Source: a virus
Lineage: Duplodnaviria; Caudoviricetes
Direction: 5' to 3' (one strand)
IMG/VR virus record: IMGVR_UViG_3300011008_000043
Location: 1-64,000 of that record
DNA: 64,000 bases
Below the pieces are notes generated by a model, which was not told the origin of the DNA, did no database searches, and saw only the letters and a program-made list of their open reading frames with translations. Positions within the stretch are counted from its first letter, which is position 1. The number at the start of each line of letters is the position of its first letter. Position numbers and translations under genes: made by a program. Shown piece by piece: positions 36,492 through 47,263 of the stretch.

Positions 36492-38933
36492 GAGTCGGAT
36501 ACGAGCGGCAGCACGAAACAGACACGATAATCAGATTTTACCAGATGATGAAATTCATGCTCGAAAAGGAAGAAACCCCGGAACTAAAGGCATTCGTGGA
36601 GAAGGCGCGACTGATCGTGATAATGGCGATGACGCGAGAAATGCAGGACATCGAACGCGGAAACATCGCGAAAGACCGAATCATGGAATGCCGGGAATGC
36701 AGGATGCGCCACGACGGAGAATGCCAGAAAAAAGACAGGCCGAATGGAAGGTGCATTTACGACACCCCGGAAGCAAAGATACGGGCCATTAGGAATCATT
36801 TCGGGGAAGAAGGGATGCAATGGGCCGCAAAAGCAGGTGAATTTGCCGAAAGAATATTGGAGGCGAAGAATGGGAAAACAGGTTGAGGTCATGATACCGG
36901 AAGGGATGACGTGCATAGGGGAAAACCTGAAGCCGTGCATCCTCGCCAGATACACAAAGAAGTGGGGAGCTTACAACTGTCAGCTATACCATAGGATTCT
37001 CAAGGGAGAAAAGACACCACGGAAATGTAAAGAGTGCATCGAAAGATGCGGAGAAGGGGGAGCAGAGCGATGAAGAAGACATTCACGTTTATGGAGGAAA
37101 AGAAGTGCCTGCCATTCCACAGTTGCCCGCGATGCAACGGAATAATGATTCTGGGGATGGAGCAGATCGAACCGGCAACGGACAAGCCGTGGCACGTGGA
37201 ATGCGCGAAATGCCATCTGGATACAGAGGATTACGAGAGCGAATATTTCGCATGGGACGCGTGGGACGTGCTGAGAAATAACTACGACGGAGAAGAATGG
37301 CATGGAGAAGCTTAAAGACTGTTTTATCGTTAAGAAGGACGGGCTGTATTTCCAGACGGAATACAGCAGCGGCCCGGAAAGAAACAAATTCCCGAAATTC
37401 TCCGCGTCATATTACGATGCGAAGAAATTCAAAAACGCGGCAGAAGCCCGAAAGATGGCAAAGAAGACCGATGGCGAAATACTGAGGTTCAATCAGCTCA
37501 CGGGCGAGATTACAAAGTACAGCCAGAAGGAAGACGAAATATGCGATACGTGCAGATTCTGGACGGTATACAGCGGAGCCTGCTGCAACGGGAAGAGTGA
37601 ACACAGGGCAGATTTCATGCTGCCGGAAGAATCGTGCGATGCTTGGGAAAGCAGAAAGGAAAGCACATGGTAACAGACGGATTCGCCGGATATGTCATAA
37701 GGACGAAACATGGATACATCGAAAGCGCGACACAGGAAAAGGGCATAAAGATCATGGTCTGCACAGCAAAGCTGGAGAAGGCGCGAAGATTCATGGAACC
37801 GGAAGCCGCGAAGGAATTCAGAGGGGTTTACGACGGAACTATCAAGATCGTTGCGACGGACAGCAAAGGGAAGCTCTACACAAATGGAACGCTGGTGCAA
37901 TAGGAGAAAAGGATTTGGCGCTATCATGAAAGTCAGAACAGCAAAGAAGCGGATACACCGCAATGTCCGATGGTTTGCAAGGCACAAAATCCCAAAGGCG
38001 TTTAAATTTGGAAGAGAAAGACGGGCATGGATAAAAGAGGTCAGTGACTATCATATTAGGAGGCTTTAATGGACAAGATCGACAGCGCAATCATTGATAT
38101 TGAGACAGCAATCAGATGGATTGAAGAAAACGACCATCATAAATTCGCCGGATGGATGAACGTAACAAACGCCATGAAGACGGCGAAGAGGCTGCTGGAA
38201 GAGCGGAAAGACAGAATCACGCACTGTAAGGATTGCAAACACTGGATACCCGGCAAGATCACAGACAACGATGATTTTATCCAGCCCAGATGCGTAAGGC
38301 ACGGCGGTGGATGGTCTGCAGATGAGTATTGCAGCGATGCGGAGAAGGAAGAGGAACCCGATTGCCCGATGACAATTACCCATGGATGTGCTGAGTGTCC
38401 AATAGAAGAACAGTGCGCAGCAAGGGAGGACGAAGATGACTGACAGAGAGAAAGAGATATGCCTCGATTTGGCAAAACACACCATTGGCATGGACTCAAA
38501 GGAAGTCTACAGAACGCACGGCGAAAAGGTCTACATCCCGTACAGGAATTATTTCAGCGCGGCGCACCCTGAAGAAGCGTGGGAGCTGATGGTCAAAGAA
38601 GGGTACGCGAAGCGGACAGACTATAAGGAATCCGTCAATTACAAGATGACCCCGGACGGAATCCAGTGGATGGCGAAAGAACTGAGGATAAACATCTGCT
38701 TGACGTATTAAGCGGCGAGGCGACCGCTGAGGGAGAAGACGATGAGAACGATCGACCCGAACAAATACAACATGAAGCTGGTAGATGCGGCGGTGATGCG
38801 GATAGAGAAATGCCTCGAAAACGATCACTGCGAAGAGACGGAATGCGCATATTTTCCATACCCGGAAGACCTGAAGGAACTGGTCAGATTCATTCGGGAT
38901 ATTCTTTGCGGAACAACACGAACGGAGGGATAG
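36488..38933 (+). other. Run of small hypothetical early/middle CDSs (e.g. 36488-36886, 37302-37673, 38069-38443, 38436-38711, 38742-38933), many Cys-rich
   Basis: Coupled ORFs with ATGA-type overlaps and RBSs. Confidence 0.55.
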
Positions 38934-38936
38934 CCA

Positions 38937-39740
38937 ATGGGAAAGCAGACAAAGATAGACTGGTGCGACAGCACGTGGAACCCGGTAACAGGCTGTCTGC
39001 ACGGATGCGAATACTGTTATGCGCGGCGCATAGCAGAGAGGTTCGGCAGTGGATTCAGCAAGGCTCCGATTATGAAAGAGGCAGAAATATTCTCGATCAA
39101 AGAGAAGCCGATTGCAAATGGAAAGTTCTTGCCGTACCCGTTCGATTTCAAACCGACGTTTCACAGGTATGCGCTGGATGTTCCGCAGCAGTGGAAGACT
39201 CCGAAGACGATCTTCGTGTGCAGCATGGCCGACCTGTTTGGAAGATGGGTTCCTGACTATTGGATAAAAGCTGTTTTCGATGCTTGTGAAGCAGCACCGC
39301 AACACCGGTATCTGTTCCTGACGAAGAACCCGTCAAGATATATTGATCTGGCAGAGAAAAATCTGCTCCCCCGGCAACACTGGTACGGGTACTCGGCAAC
39401 CAAACAGGATCAGCTCTGGACGTTCAAACACGCAGACGAGTGTCCGTGCCTAAATCTCTTCGTCAGCATCGAGCCGATTCAGGAGCAGATGCAGCCGGGC
39501 TTCTCTACCCACACACCGGCAGATTGGGTAATCATCGGGGCTGAGACGGGGAACAGAAAAGGAAAGACGGTTCCGATAAAAGAATGGATCGACAGCATCG
39601 TTATGGAGTGCGAATACACAGGGAGGCCGGTATTCATGAAGGAATCGCTCAGGGGAATAATGGGCGACGATTTCAGGCAGGAATTCCCGTGGGACAGGAA
39701 ACTGAACGGAGGCGAAACGTCAGATGGTCGAAGAGATTGA
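38937..39740 (+). CDS. DUF5131 (Gp37/Gp68) radical-SAM-like protein
   Basis: 'IDWCDSTWNPVTGCLHGCEYCYA', 'FVCSMADLF', 'LFLTKNP', 'SIEP', 'WVIIGAETG'. Confidence 0.85.
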   Translation: MGKQTKIDWCDSTWNPVTGCLHGCEYCYARRIAERFGSGFSKAPIMKEAEIFSIKEKPIANGKFLPYPFDFKPTFHRYALDVPQQWKTPKTIFVCSMADLFGRWVPDYWIKAVFDACEAAPQHRYLFLTKNPSRYIDLAEKNLLPRQHWYGYSATKQDQLWTFKHADECPCLNLFVSIEPIQEQMQPGFSTHTPADWVIIGAETGNRKGKTVPIKEWIDSIVMECEYTGRPVFMKESLRGIMGDDFRQEFPWDRKLNGGETSDGRRD

Positions 39741-41227
39741 GAAAACGGTGCGGACGGCGCGGAAGGTTCACAGATGTAACCTGTGCGGTGAGAACATTCT
39801 GCCGCTGGAGAAATACAATTACGCGAAGCTGAAATTCGATGGGGAGCTGTATCCGTGGAAAGAACACATAAGATGCAGCGAGGTATGCAGAGAGATATAC
39901 GATCTCGTAGACCCGGATGAAGGCATGACAATGGATGATTTCTGCGAGGGATGCAGAGAGGTATGCGGAGTATTTGTTTGCCCGGATTGCGAGTCTTACG
40001 ACCGCGAATGTCAAGACTGCGAGAAAGACAAATGCTACTGCATCGACAAGCTCCAAGAGCTTTTCAAGACGAAAGAGCTGTACATGGCGGCGCGACGGTT
40101 CGAAGGGCGCGAGTGGAAGGTCAGGGACAGAACTCTACCAGAGGACAGGAGGCGGGCAGCGGAATGACGAGGCTTGAAGAACTGAGGAAGCAGCGGCATG
40201 AGCTGAACCAGCAGATAAGAGAGCTGGAAAAGGGATACCCGATCATCAACGGGAAAGCAAAGCTCGACCGGCAGGAATATCCAACAGACAAGCCGGACAG
40301 ATATCACATTTCCATCAAGGTAGAACCGATCGATCCACCGGAAATGAACTCCCCGTGGGGCAGAAAAGGATACTGCTGGCGAACGGTAGCAAACGGCGGA
40401 ACGCGGGAAGAGGTCATCAAGCAGATTCCAGAGATTATCAAAGACCTGCAAGGCCTGCACGACGAATTGGTAGGAGGGCAAGATGGCGAAGGTTAAGTGC
40501 ATTTTCGAGACATACACGGAAAGAGAGACGGAGCCGGACAGCGGGCAGTACGAACAGCAGATGGAAGAGGGGTGCATCGCCGGAAATTTCAACGTCTGCT
40601 GGGAAAACGGCATCCTGTCCGTGCGGCGCGGGAATGATTTCAAGACAGTTTCCTGCACGAAGGAAGCCTACATACGGATAAAAGGCATCGACGGACGACT
40701 CAGGACAGGGACATACAGAGACATTGCGTATCTGGAGATCGATGGGACGGTATTTATCGGGGAGAAAAAGAAAAAGAACCTGAAGCTCCACGGATATACG
40801 GCAGAAGACTTTCGGAAAGCGGCAGACTTCCTCGCGGATGCGGAAGGATACATCGACGATAACAGCCCCGGACACGCGAGAGACATCGATGCGCTGTTCT
40901 GGGCCACGTGCGCGATAGCGAATCACCTTGTGACGGGCGAACCGCTGAAGACAGAAGATGATGACGATATGGAGGGATGAAGCGATGGAAGAGAAGGAAT
41001 GCGGATGGTGCCATTCAGACAATGAAGGGAATTACAACTGCAACAGATTCCAGAATGACAGCACCGGAGATACCTTGTCCATATTCTTCTGCGGAGGAAT
41101 GGCGACGATCAGCCTCGGAAGAAATGGACAGGCGATTGGGATGATGAGCGCGAAGATCAACTACTGCCCGATGTGCGGCAGGCTGGTGAGGAAAAAGGCA
41201 GAAGAAACGGAGGGCAGCGAAGGATGA
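39724..41227 (+). other. Small hypothetical CDSs (39724-40167, 40164-40496, 40483-40980, 40985-41227)
   Basis: Co-oriented coupled ORFs; several with CxxC pairs. Confidence 0.5.
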
Positions 41228-41658
41228 AAACACTGGGAGAGATTATCAGGAGCGGGAAGGTACTGGTGGAGGCGACAAGCTACGACGGTGGCAGAGGATT
41301 CCTGCCATGCCTCGACCCGAAACGCGCGTCAAAGCAGGCGCGGGTGATTTGGAGCAATGGCGGCGGGTGGGATCACGTATCAGTGAGCTGGCCCAGTCGC
41401 TGCCCGACGTGGGACGAAATGTGCAGAGTGAAGGATATTTTCTTCAGGAAGGAAGAAGCCTGCGTGGAGTATCATCCGGCAGAAAAAGATTATGTAAACC
41501 ATCATCCGTACTGCTTGCATATATGGAAACCGCAGGATGAAAAGCTCCCCATCCCACCGGCATTTTTCGTAGGGCCGAAAGAAGGACAGAGCATAGAAGA
41601 GGTAAATGCGCAGGCGAACGCATACATTGACGCATACGAGAGAGGTGAAAGACGATGA
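41224..41658 (+). CDS. Conserved phage protein ('WDHVSVS...PTWDEM...HP...HPYCLHIW' family)
   Basis: Characteristic His/Trp motif set. Confidence 0.6.
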   Translation: MKTLGEIIRSGKVLVEATSYDGGRGFLPCLDPKRASKQARVIWSNGGGWDHVSVSWPSRCPTWDEMCRVKDIFFRKEEACVEYHPAEKDYVNHHPYCLHIWKPQDEKLPIPPAFFVGPKEGQSIEEVNAQANAYIDAYERGERR

Positions 41659-42185
41659 AGGTTACGCTGATCAAAGGCCCGGACGACAGCGACCGGATGC
41701 TGTTCAAGAGGTGCATCTGGATAACGATGGGAAAGAAAGAGGCTCCGAAAACATTACCGGCATCAAAGTTGGTGGCGCAGGCATTGGACGCGAGGCACAG
41801 TCCGATTAGGGTACTGAATTTCGCGTTCCTGATCGAAGACATTCCCAGCAACACGGCAACACATCTGGTGCGGCACGTTCATGCAACGCCATTCGTGAGC
41901 AGTCTGAGAAATGACAGGCAGGACAGGATAGACGGAGACGCGGCACGACGGGATACGCCGGTGGATATGATTTTCTACTGCAACGCGGAAGAGCTGATGA
42001 ATGTGGCAAACAAACGGCTGTGCTTCAAGGCGGCACCACGGACACGGGAAGTGGTCGAAATGATGTGCAACGCGGCAGAAGAGTGCGTGCCTGAGCTGGA
42101 CGGGCTGCTGGTTCCGATGTGCGAATACAGAGGCCGGGAGTGCCACGAGATTAACGGGTGCGGATGGAACGAACACGCGAGATAG
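41655..42185 (+). CDS. ThyX-like (flavin-dependent thymidylate synthase fold) protein, short
   Basis: 'RHSPIR', 'THLVRH...S.R', 'KRLC', 'LVPMCEY'. The canonical RHR motif reads RHV. Confidence 0.7.
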   Translation: MKVTLIKGPDDSDRMLFKRCIWITMGKKEAPKTLPASKLVAQALDARHSPIRVLNFAFLIEDIPSNTATHLVRHVHATPFVSSLRNDRQDRIDGDAARRDTPVDMIFYCNAEELMNVANKRLCFKAAPRTREVVEMMCNAAEECVPELDGLLVPMCEYRGRECHEINGCGWNEHAR

Positions 42186-42198
42186 GGAGGCGCGACGG

Positions 42199-42705
42199 AT
42201 GAACAGCAGAGATCAACCCGGAACCATGCCGCTGACAGAGAGGGAATATTACGCGCTCAGGGAATTTTTCGGATTCATGAGCGCGGTAGCGAAACACATC
42301 GGGCTGCTGGAAAAACGGGCAAAGATGCGGCCCGGATGTTGGGAAGAGCTAAACGACGTGATGGAGAAAACCAAGAAGATCATACAGACGATGTTGGAGA
42401 CGATACCAATAGACAAGCTGAGGATGGTTCGGGAAGAGCTGCCTCACATCCGGGTAAGCACTGAGTTCGAAAAGCCGAACGGGCGCAGGAAAAAGAGCGA
42501 CGATTACGCCTGCGTACCATGCAAAGAGCTTGATATGCTGATTCAGAAGACGATAGACTGGGAATGCTTTTCCTGCGAAAAGAGCGGCAGAGAAATGTGG
42601 AGCTGCCCCATCAGGAAGGCGGTCGATGCGACATACCCGTTCCAGACAACGGGAGATACGATGACATATTGCAAATACAGTGGATTAAACATAGAGAACT
42701 CGTAA
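42199..42705 (+). CDS. Hypothetical protein
   Basis: 168-aa ORF with RBS and a C-terminal Cys cluster. Confidence 0.5.
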   Translation: MNSRDQPGTMPLTEREYYALREFFGFMSAVAKHIGLLEKRAKMRPGCWEELNDVMEKTKKIIQTMLETIPIDKLRMVREELPHIRVSTEFEKPNGRRKKSDDYACVPCKELDMLIQKTIDWECFSCEKSGREMWSCPIRKAVDATYPFQTTGDTMTYCKYSGLNIENS

Positions 42706-42726
42706 GGGAAGGAAGGACAGAAAGCA

Positions 42727-43059
42727 ATGGACATGAGCAATTACCAGAAGTTGGCAGCACGGACGATAAACAACAAACTGACAGCGAAGCAGAAACTGAT
42801 GCACTCGCTGTTCGGACTCGCCAGCGAGGTTGGGGAAATCCACGCATTGTTCCAGAAGGAATATCAGGGACATCCGATGGAGCGAGACAAACTGGTGAAG
42901 GAAATCGGGGACGTTCTGTGGATGATCGCGGAGCTATGTACGGTTCACGGATTCGACCTCGGATTCGTGGCGCAGGAAAACATCGACAAACTGAAAGCGC
43001 GATACCCGGACGGATTCTCGGAAGAGAGAAGCTTGCACAGAGCAGAGAATGATCGTTAA
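42727..43059 (+). CDS. MazG-like nucleoside triphosphate pyrophosphohydrolase
   Basis: 'YQKLAART', 'GLASEVGE', 'KEIGDVLW', 'ENIDKLKARYPDGF'. Confidence 0.88.
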   Translation: MDMSNYQKLAARTINNKLTAKQKLMHSLFGLASEVGEIHALFQKEYQGHPMERDKLVKEIGDVLWMIAELCTVHGFDLGFVAQENIDKLKARYPDGFSEERSLHRAENDR

Positions 43060-43168
43060 ATTCGATTAAACGTCCCTCTCGCTCCACGGAGAATCAAAAG
43101 CGAGCGGATGGAGGGTGGAAAAACAGAAGCCGCCAAATCTCAAATTTGGACGAAAGAAGGCATAGCGG

Positions 43169-43627
43169 ATGAATATATTCACGTTTGTAGGAAACCTGAC
43201 ACGCGACCCGGAAAGCTCGGTGATGCAGAATGGAAAGACTCAGACGAAATTCAGCATCGCCATGAACAGGCCGTATAAGGACGCGGAAGGGAAACAGGGC
43301 GCGGATTTCGTGCGGATTACGTGCTACGAGAAGACAGCGGAGAACTGCGCGAAATACCTGTCAAAAGGCCGGAAGGTCGGAGTGGTCGGACACGTAAAGA
43401 CAGGCCAGTACGAGAAGGATGGAAAGACGATATACACGACGGATTTCATAGCGGAAAACGTTGAATTTCTGTCCAGCGGACAGGCCGATGGACAGGGAGA
43501 AGGTCAGCAGGCAGCAACAGCCCCGGCACAGAGTCAACCGCCAATAGCACCGCAGAATGCGCCGTATCCGGCAGCGGCGGGATACAGCGGGTATACGTCG
43601 GTGGAGCCGGATGATTTACCATTCTGA
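43169..43627 (+). CDS. ssb: Single-stranded DNA-binding protein
   Basis: 'GNLTRDPE', 'ADFVRITC', 'AKYLSKGRKVGVVG', acidic 'DDLPF' tail. Confidence 0.93.
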   Translation: MNIFTFVGNLTRDPESSVMQNGKTQTKFSIAMNRPYKDAEGKQGADFVRITCYEKTAENCAKYLSKGRKVGVVGHVKTGQYEKDGKTIYTTDFIAENVEFLSSGQADGQGEGQQAATAPAQSQPPIAPQNAPYPAAAGYSGYTSVEPDDLPF

Positions 43628-43641
43628 AGGGAGGGCAATGC

Positions 43642-44145
43642 ATGACAGCGGAAAAGGCTGAGGAAATGCTGAGGGAATACAAAGAGTACACAGGGCGATG
43701 CGGGTTCCTGCAGAAGGCAATACCGGAAGTAAGAGCGGACATCGAAATGTGGGAGGCAAGCCTCGCGTCAGACCTTGCAAACAGCGGCGGCGTAAGCATG
43801 GACGGAATGCCCCATGGAACGTCAGTCGGAAACCCGACTGAAAGAATGGGACTGATGCTGGCGGCGGGATACGTGCCTCAGGGGTTAGGCGAAGCAAAGA
43901 AACGGCTGAAAGACATGGAAAGCGAGCTGCACGAAAAAGAGATCGTGGTGGTGTTCGTGGAATCATGGCTGAGTGGCCTCACAGAACGCGAGAAGTGGCT
44001 GATAGAGCAGAGCTATTTCGAGCAGAAGACCTACGCGGAAATCATAACTGGACTCAGGGATTCGCATGGCATCAGTACGAGCAAAGATGGAGTACGGAGG
44101 ATGAAGAAGGCAGCGATGGAAAAGATTTACAAGATGGCAGAATAG
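43642..44145 (+). CDS. ArpU/RinA-like transcriptional activator (sigma-70 region 4-like HTH)
   Basis: 'LREYK', 'VGNPTE', 'WLSGLTEREKWLIEQSYF...TYAEI'; position at the end of the early region. Confidence 0.7.
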   Translation: MTAEKAEEMLREYKEYTGRCGFLQKAIPEVRADIEMWEASLASDLANSGGVSMDGMPHGTSVGNPTERMGLMLAAGYVPQGLGEAKKRLKDMESELHEKEIVVVFVESWLSGLTEREKWLIEQSYFEQKTYAEIITGLRDSHGISTSKDGVRRMKKAAMEKIYKMAE

Positions 44146-45016
44146 GAGGCAGAGAAGATGAATGTGACGGAGTTTGCGAAGAAATACGGCATCGAGGTCA
44201 ACAATGCCTATTTGGCATCATTTGCAACAGAGACGCGGAGAACACATACATACGTGCGGAATTTCCCGGAAGACGAACTCTACGAGGCGACGATCAAGAT
44301 GCTCGAAGAGAGAAAGCGGAAGCACCAGAGGCACATAGAGAAATGCGAAGAAGAGCTGAAGAAGCTGAGGGCGAAGAATGGAGAAGAAACCTGAGCAGAA
44401 GAAAAAAGCACAGGCACGGGTTATGACGCTTGAAGAGGTGAAAGAGCTGCCGACTCCGAGCCTGCAATGGATGGAATTCAGAAAGCGCGGCGAACTATTC
44501 CACCAGTATCTTACGCGGGGACACATCAGCAGAGATTGGAATGGAACGTTTATATATGGGCTGGAATGGCGAGTATGGAGCGACAAACCAACGACGGAGC
44601 AACGGAGGAAAGCAAAGTGGAGAATCAAAAGCTGACGAAAGACAGGATAGCATCCTGCGACAACGAATGGCTGCTGCTGCATCTTATATGGAATTATAAA
44701 GACAATTTCTTTGACAAAGAGAAATCCGAATGGAGCGATGAGGTGGTAGACCTGTGGGAAGAAGCACTGGCCCGGATGAAGGAACCGGTGGTACATGGGT
44801 TCGACAAAGAAGGATACCTGAACAAACTCGAAGAGGAATACGAGCAGCAGGACGGCCTGCTCAAAAGCCCGGATTACACATACAGCTACCATTACGGCAT
44901 CAGAAGCGGGCTGGATATCGCGTTGAGGGAGTTCAGGAAAGCCATAAGAGCAGAAAAATGATTAAAAAATACGAAATCGCGACGAAAATGCAACCGATTT
45001 GCTACCTTTTTGCGTA

Positions 45017-45045
45017 TTGACAAACGAAAATTCGTCTGTTAACAT
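45017..45045 (+). promoter_or_regulatory. Promoter of the modification/packaging operon with an ACGAA-AA-TTCGT palindrome in the spacer
   Basis: TTGACA-17 nt-TAACAT. Confidence 0.65.
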
Positions 45046-45115
45046 TACACTAACGCGAAGCGCATCCGAACAGGGTGCGCGATTTTCGTATAAAAGAATA
45101 AACGGAGGGGATAGC

Positions 45116-45799
45116 ATGAAGGAAACGGTCGTCCAGATTGTGTACATCCCGATTGATCAGATCAGGGAGTACGAGAACAACCCGCGAGACAATGAGAAGG
45201 CGGTCGAAAGCGTAGCGAGGTCGATCAAAAAGTACGGATTTAGAAACCCGGTAATCGTGGACAAGGATAACGTACTGATTGCGGGCCATACCCGGCTGAA
45301 AGCGGCAATCCAGTTGGGGATGACGGAGATTCCGTGCGTGAGGGCAGATGACCTGAACAAAAACGAGGCGAAAGCCTTCCGGCTGGAAGACAACCGGACA
45401 CAGGAAGACAGCCAGTGGGATACAGAAGCACTGGCGAAGGAATTTGAGAGCCTGAAGAACAACGGATTCGACCTGATGGAAACCGGATTCGATGAATTCG
45501 AGATCAGCGGCATCGACATGAGCAGCTTCGATTTCAGCGCGGCCCCGGAAGATTATGACACACCGGAAGCGGAAAGCGGCGAAGACTTCCCGATGGATGA
45601 GGGCGACGATGAAGAAGTCCCGGAAGGCGACGAAGACGAAGAGCTGGTGGTCATATTCAGCCTGAAGGACGATGAAGAAAAAGCCGAGGTCGCAGAAATG
45701 ATCGGGGAAACCGGCGAACTGCGGATGCGATACACGGCTGGTCAGGTTCGGAAGATGCTGGAAGGTGAAGACGATGGAGAAGAGGACGCTGGTGTTTGA
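45116..45799 (+). CDS. ParB/Srx N-terminal domain protein with an acidic C-terminus
   Basis: 'YENNPRDN', 'SIKKYGFRNPVIVD....IAGHTRLKAA', 'FRLEDNRT'. Confidence 0.88.
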   Translation: MKETVVQIVYIPIDQIREYENNPRDNEKAVESVARSIKKYGFRNPVIVDKDNVLIAGHTRLKAAIQLGMTEIPCVRADDLNKNEAKAFRLEDNRTQEDSQWDTEALAKEFESLKNNGFDLMETGFDEFEISGIDMSSFDFSAAPEDYDTPEAESGEDFPMDEGDDEEVPEGDEDEELVVIFSLKDDEEKAEVAEMIGETGELRMRYTAGQVRKMLEGEDDGEEDAGV

Positions 45800-46832
45800 C
45801 GTTGACGATACCATCAGCATTCACCACAACCGCGATTACCCAAACGCGGAACCGATTCAGCCGGTGATAGACAAGATCAATAGACTGAAGGCAGAAGGGT
45901 ATTACATAAAGCTGTACACGGCAAGAGGCCAGAACAGTTGCCACGGCGACATTGAACTCATAAAAGAGCGGAATGAAGATGTGCTGAGGGATTGGCTGGA
46001 CAGGCACGGAGTACAGTACGATGAGCTGATATTCGGGAAACCGCTCGGAGACTGGTACATAGACGACAAAGGGATGAGTCTCGAAGCATTCCTTGCGGCA
46101 GAATTCAGGCCGATGCGCGGCGGCAGCGGCAGCGGGATTTGGCTGGAAGGAAAGACGGTCGTAAAGAAAACCTCGAAAGCGACGGCAGAAGAGGAATGGT
46201 ACCGAAGAGCGGAAAGTTACGGATTCGGAGATCGGATACCGAAATTGTATTCCCGGACGCTGGACACGCTATTCATGGAATACATAGAGGGCGAAACGCT
46301 TGCGGACGGCGCGACAAAGAAGGACATCTATGAAGCGCTGAAAATCCCATTCTGCTTCGCGATGATACCGGACGGCAGGAAGGATGTAGAAGGATACTGC
46401 CGGAACCTGATGAGCCACAAAAGCAGCGAAGCTACGCGGTGGGTGGTGAGCGAAGTAATGCGGAACCGGCGCGAGCTGGAAGATCAGGCGAGCTTCTGCC
46501 ACGGAGATTTGAGCTTGTCGAATATCATTCGCAGCAAAGACGGACTGAAGGTGATCGACCCGAACAACAAAGCCGACTATTCGAGCCATCTGCTCGACAT
46601 TGCCAAAATCCGCTTCTCCCTGACGGGATACGAGAGGATTTTCGGATACGGGAAGGCAGACCTGCGCGGGCTGAGACGAAAGTTCGACGAATATACGCAA
46701 CACCGGAAGATCATACCGCTGCTGGAAATTACACACTGGATTCGGCTTTATAAATACAGGACAGCGGAAGAACAGAAGACGGTGGACAGAGTGGTGGACG
46801 AATTGATAAAGGAGTACAGAAAATGGTCGTAG
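45774..46832 (+). CDS. Fusion of a HAD phosphatase (EcbF/BcbF capsule-type) and an APH/choline-kinase-like phosphotransferase
   Basis: N-terminal 'VFDVDDT', 'YTARG', 'GKP..DWYIDDK'; C-terminal 'CHGDLSLSNII', 'VIDP'. Confidence 0.82.
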   Translation: MEKRTLVFDVDDTISIHHNRDYPNAEPIQPVIDKINRLKAEGYYIKLYTARGQNSCHGDIELIKERNEDVLRDWLDRHGVQYDELIFGKPLGDWYIDDKGMSLEAFLAAEFRPMRGGSGSGIWLEGKTVVKKTSKATAEEEWYRRAESYGFGDRIPKLYSRTLDTLFMEYIEGETLADGATKKDIYEALKIPFCFAMIPDGRKDVEGYCRNLMSHKSSEATRWVVSEVMRNRRELEDQASFCHGDLSLSNIIRSKDGLKVIDPNNKADYSSHLLDIAKIRFSLTGYERIFGYGKADLRGLRRKFDEYTQHRKIIPLLEITHWIRLYKYRTAEEQKTVDRVVDELIKEYRKWS

Positions 46833-47263
46833 GATTTACGTCAGTGGTCGGCGACCTGCTTCACCCCGGACACATAGCGATGATCGCGGAGTGCGCCATG
46901 CAATGCGATACGCTGATTGTGGGGCTGATATGCGACCCAACGGACAGGCCGGAAAAGAACAGGCCCATCGAAAGCACGTTCGAGCGGTGGTACCGGTTAA
47001 GCCATTGCAAGGGCGTGGACATCGTAATCCCGTTGGACGGGGAGAAGGATTTGGAGCTGGCACTGGAAATGCTGGAATATGATGTGCGGTTCGTTGGAGA
47101 GGATTACAAAGGAAAAGAGTTTACAGGGAAGGACATATGCCAGCGGCGCGGAAAGCCCATCATATACAACCGGCGCGGACACAACCTCAGCAGTACAGAG
47201 CTGAGGAAAAGAGTTGCGGAGGCAGAAAATGGAAAAGTACGTGTACGCGATACCGAGCTATAA
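46823..47263 (+). CDS. Cytidylyltransferase (TagD/glycerol-3-phosphate cytidylyltransferase-like)
   Basis: 'DLLHPGH' (HxGH), 'KNRP...ER', 'GEDY', 'SSTELR'. Confidence 0.88.
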   Translation: MVVGFTSVVGDLLHPGHIAMIAECAMQCDTLIVGLICDPTDRPEKNRPIESTFERWYRLSHCKGVDIVIPLDGEKDLELALEMLEYDVRFVGEDYKGKEFTGKDICQRRGKPIIYNRRGHNLSSTELRKRVAEAENGKVRVRDTEL

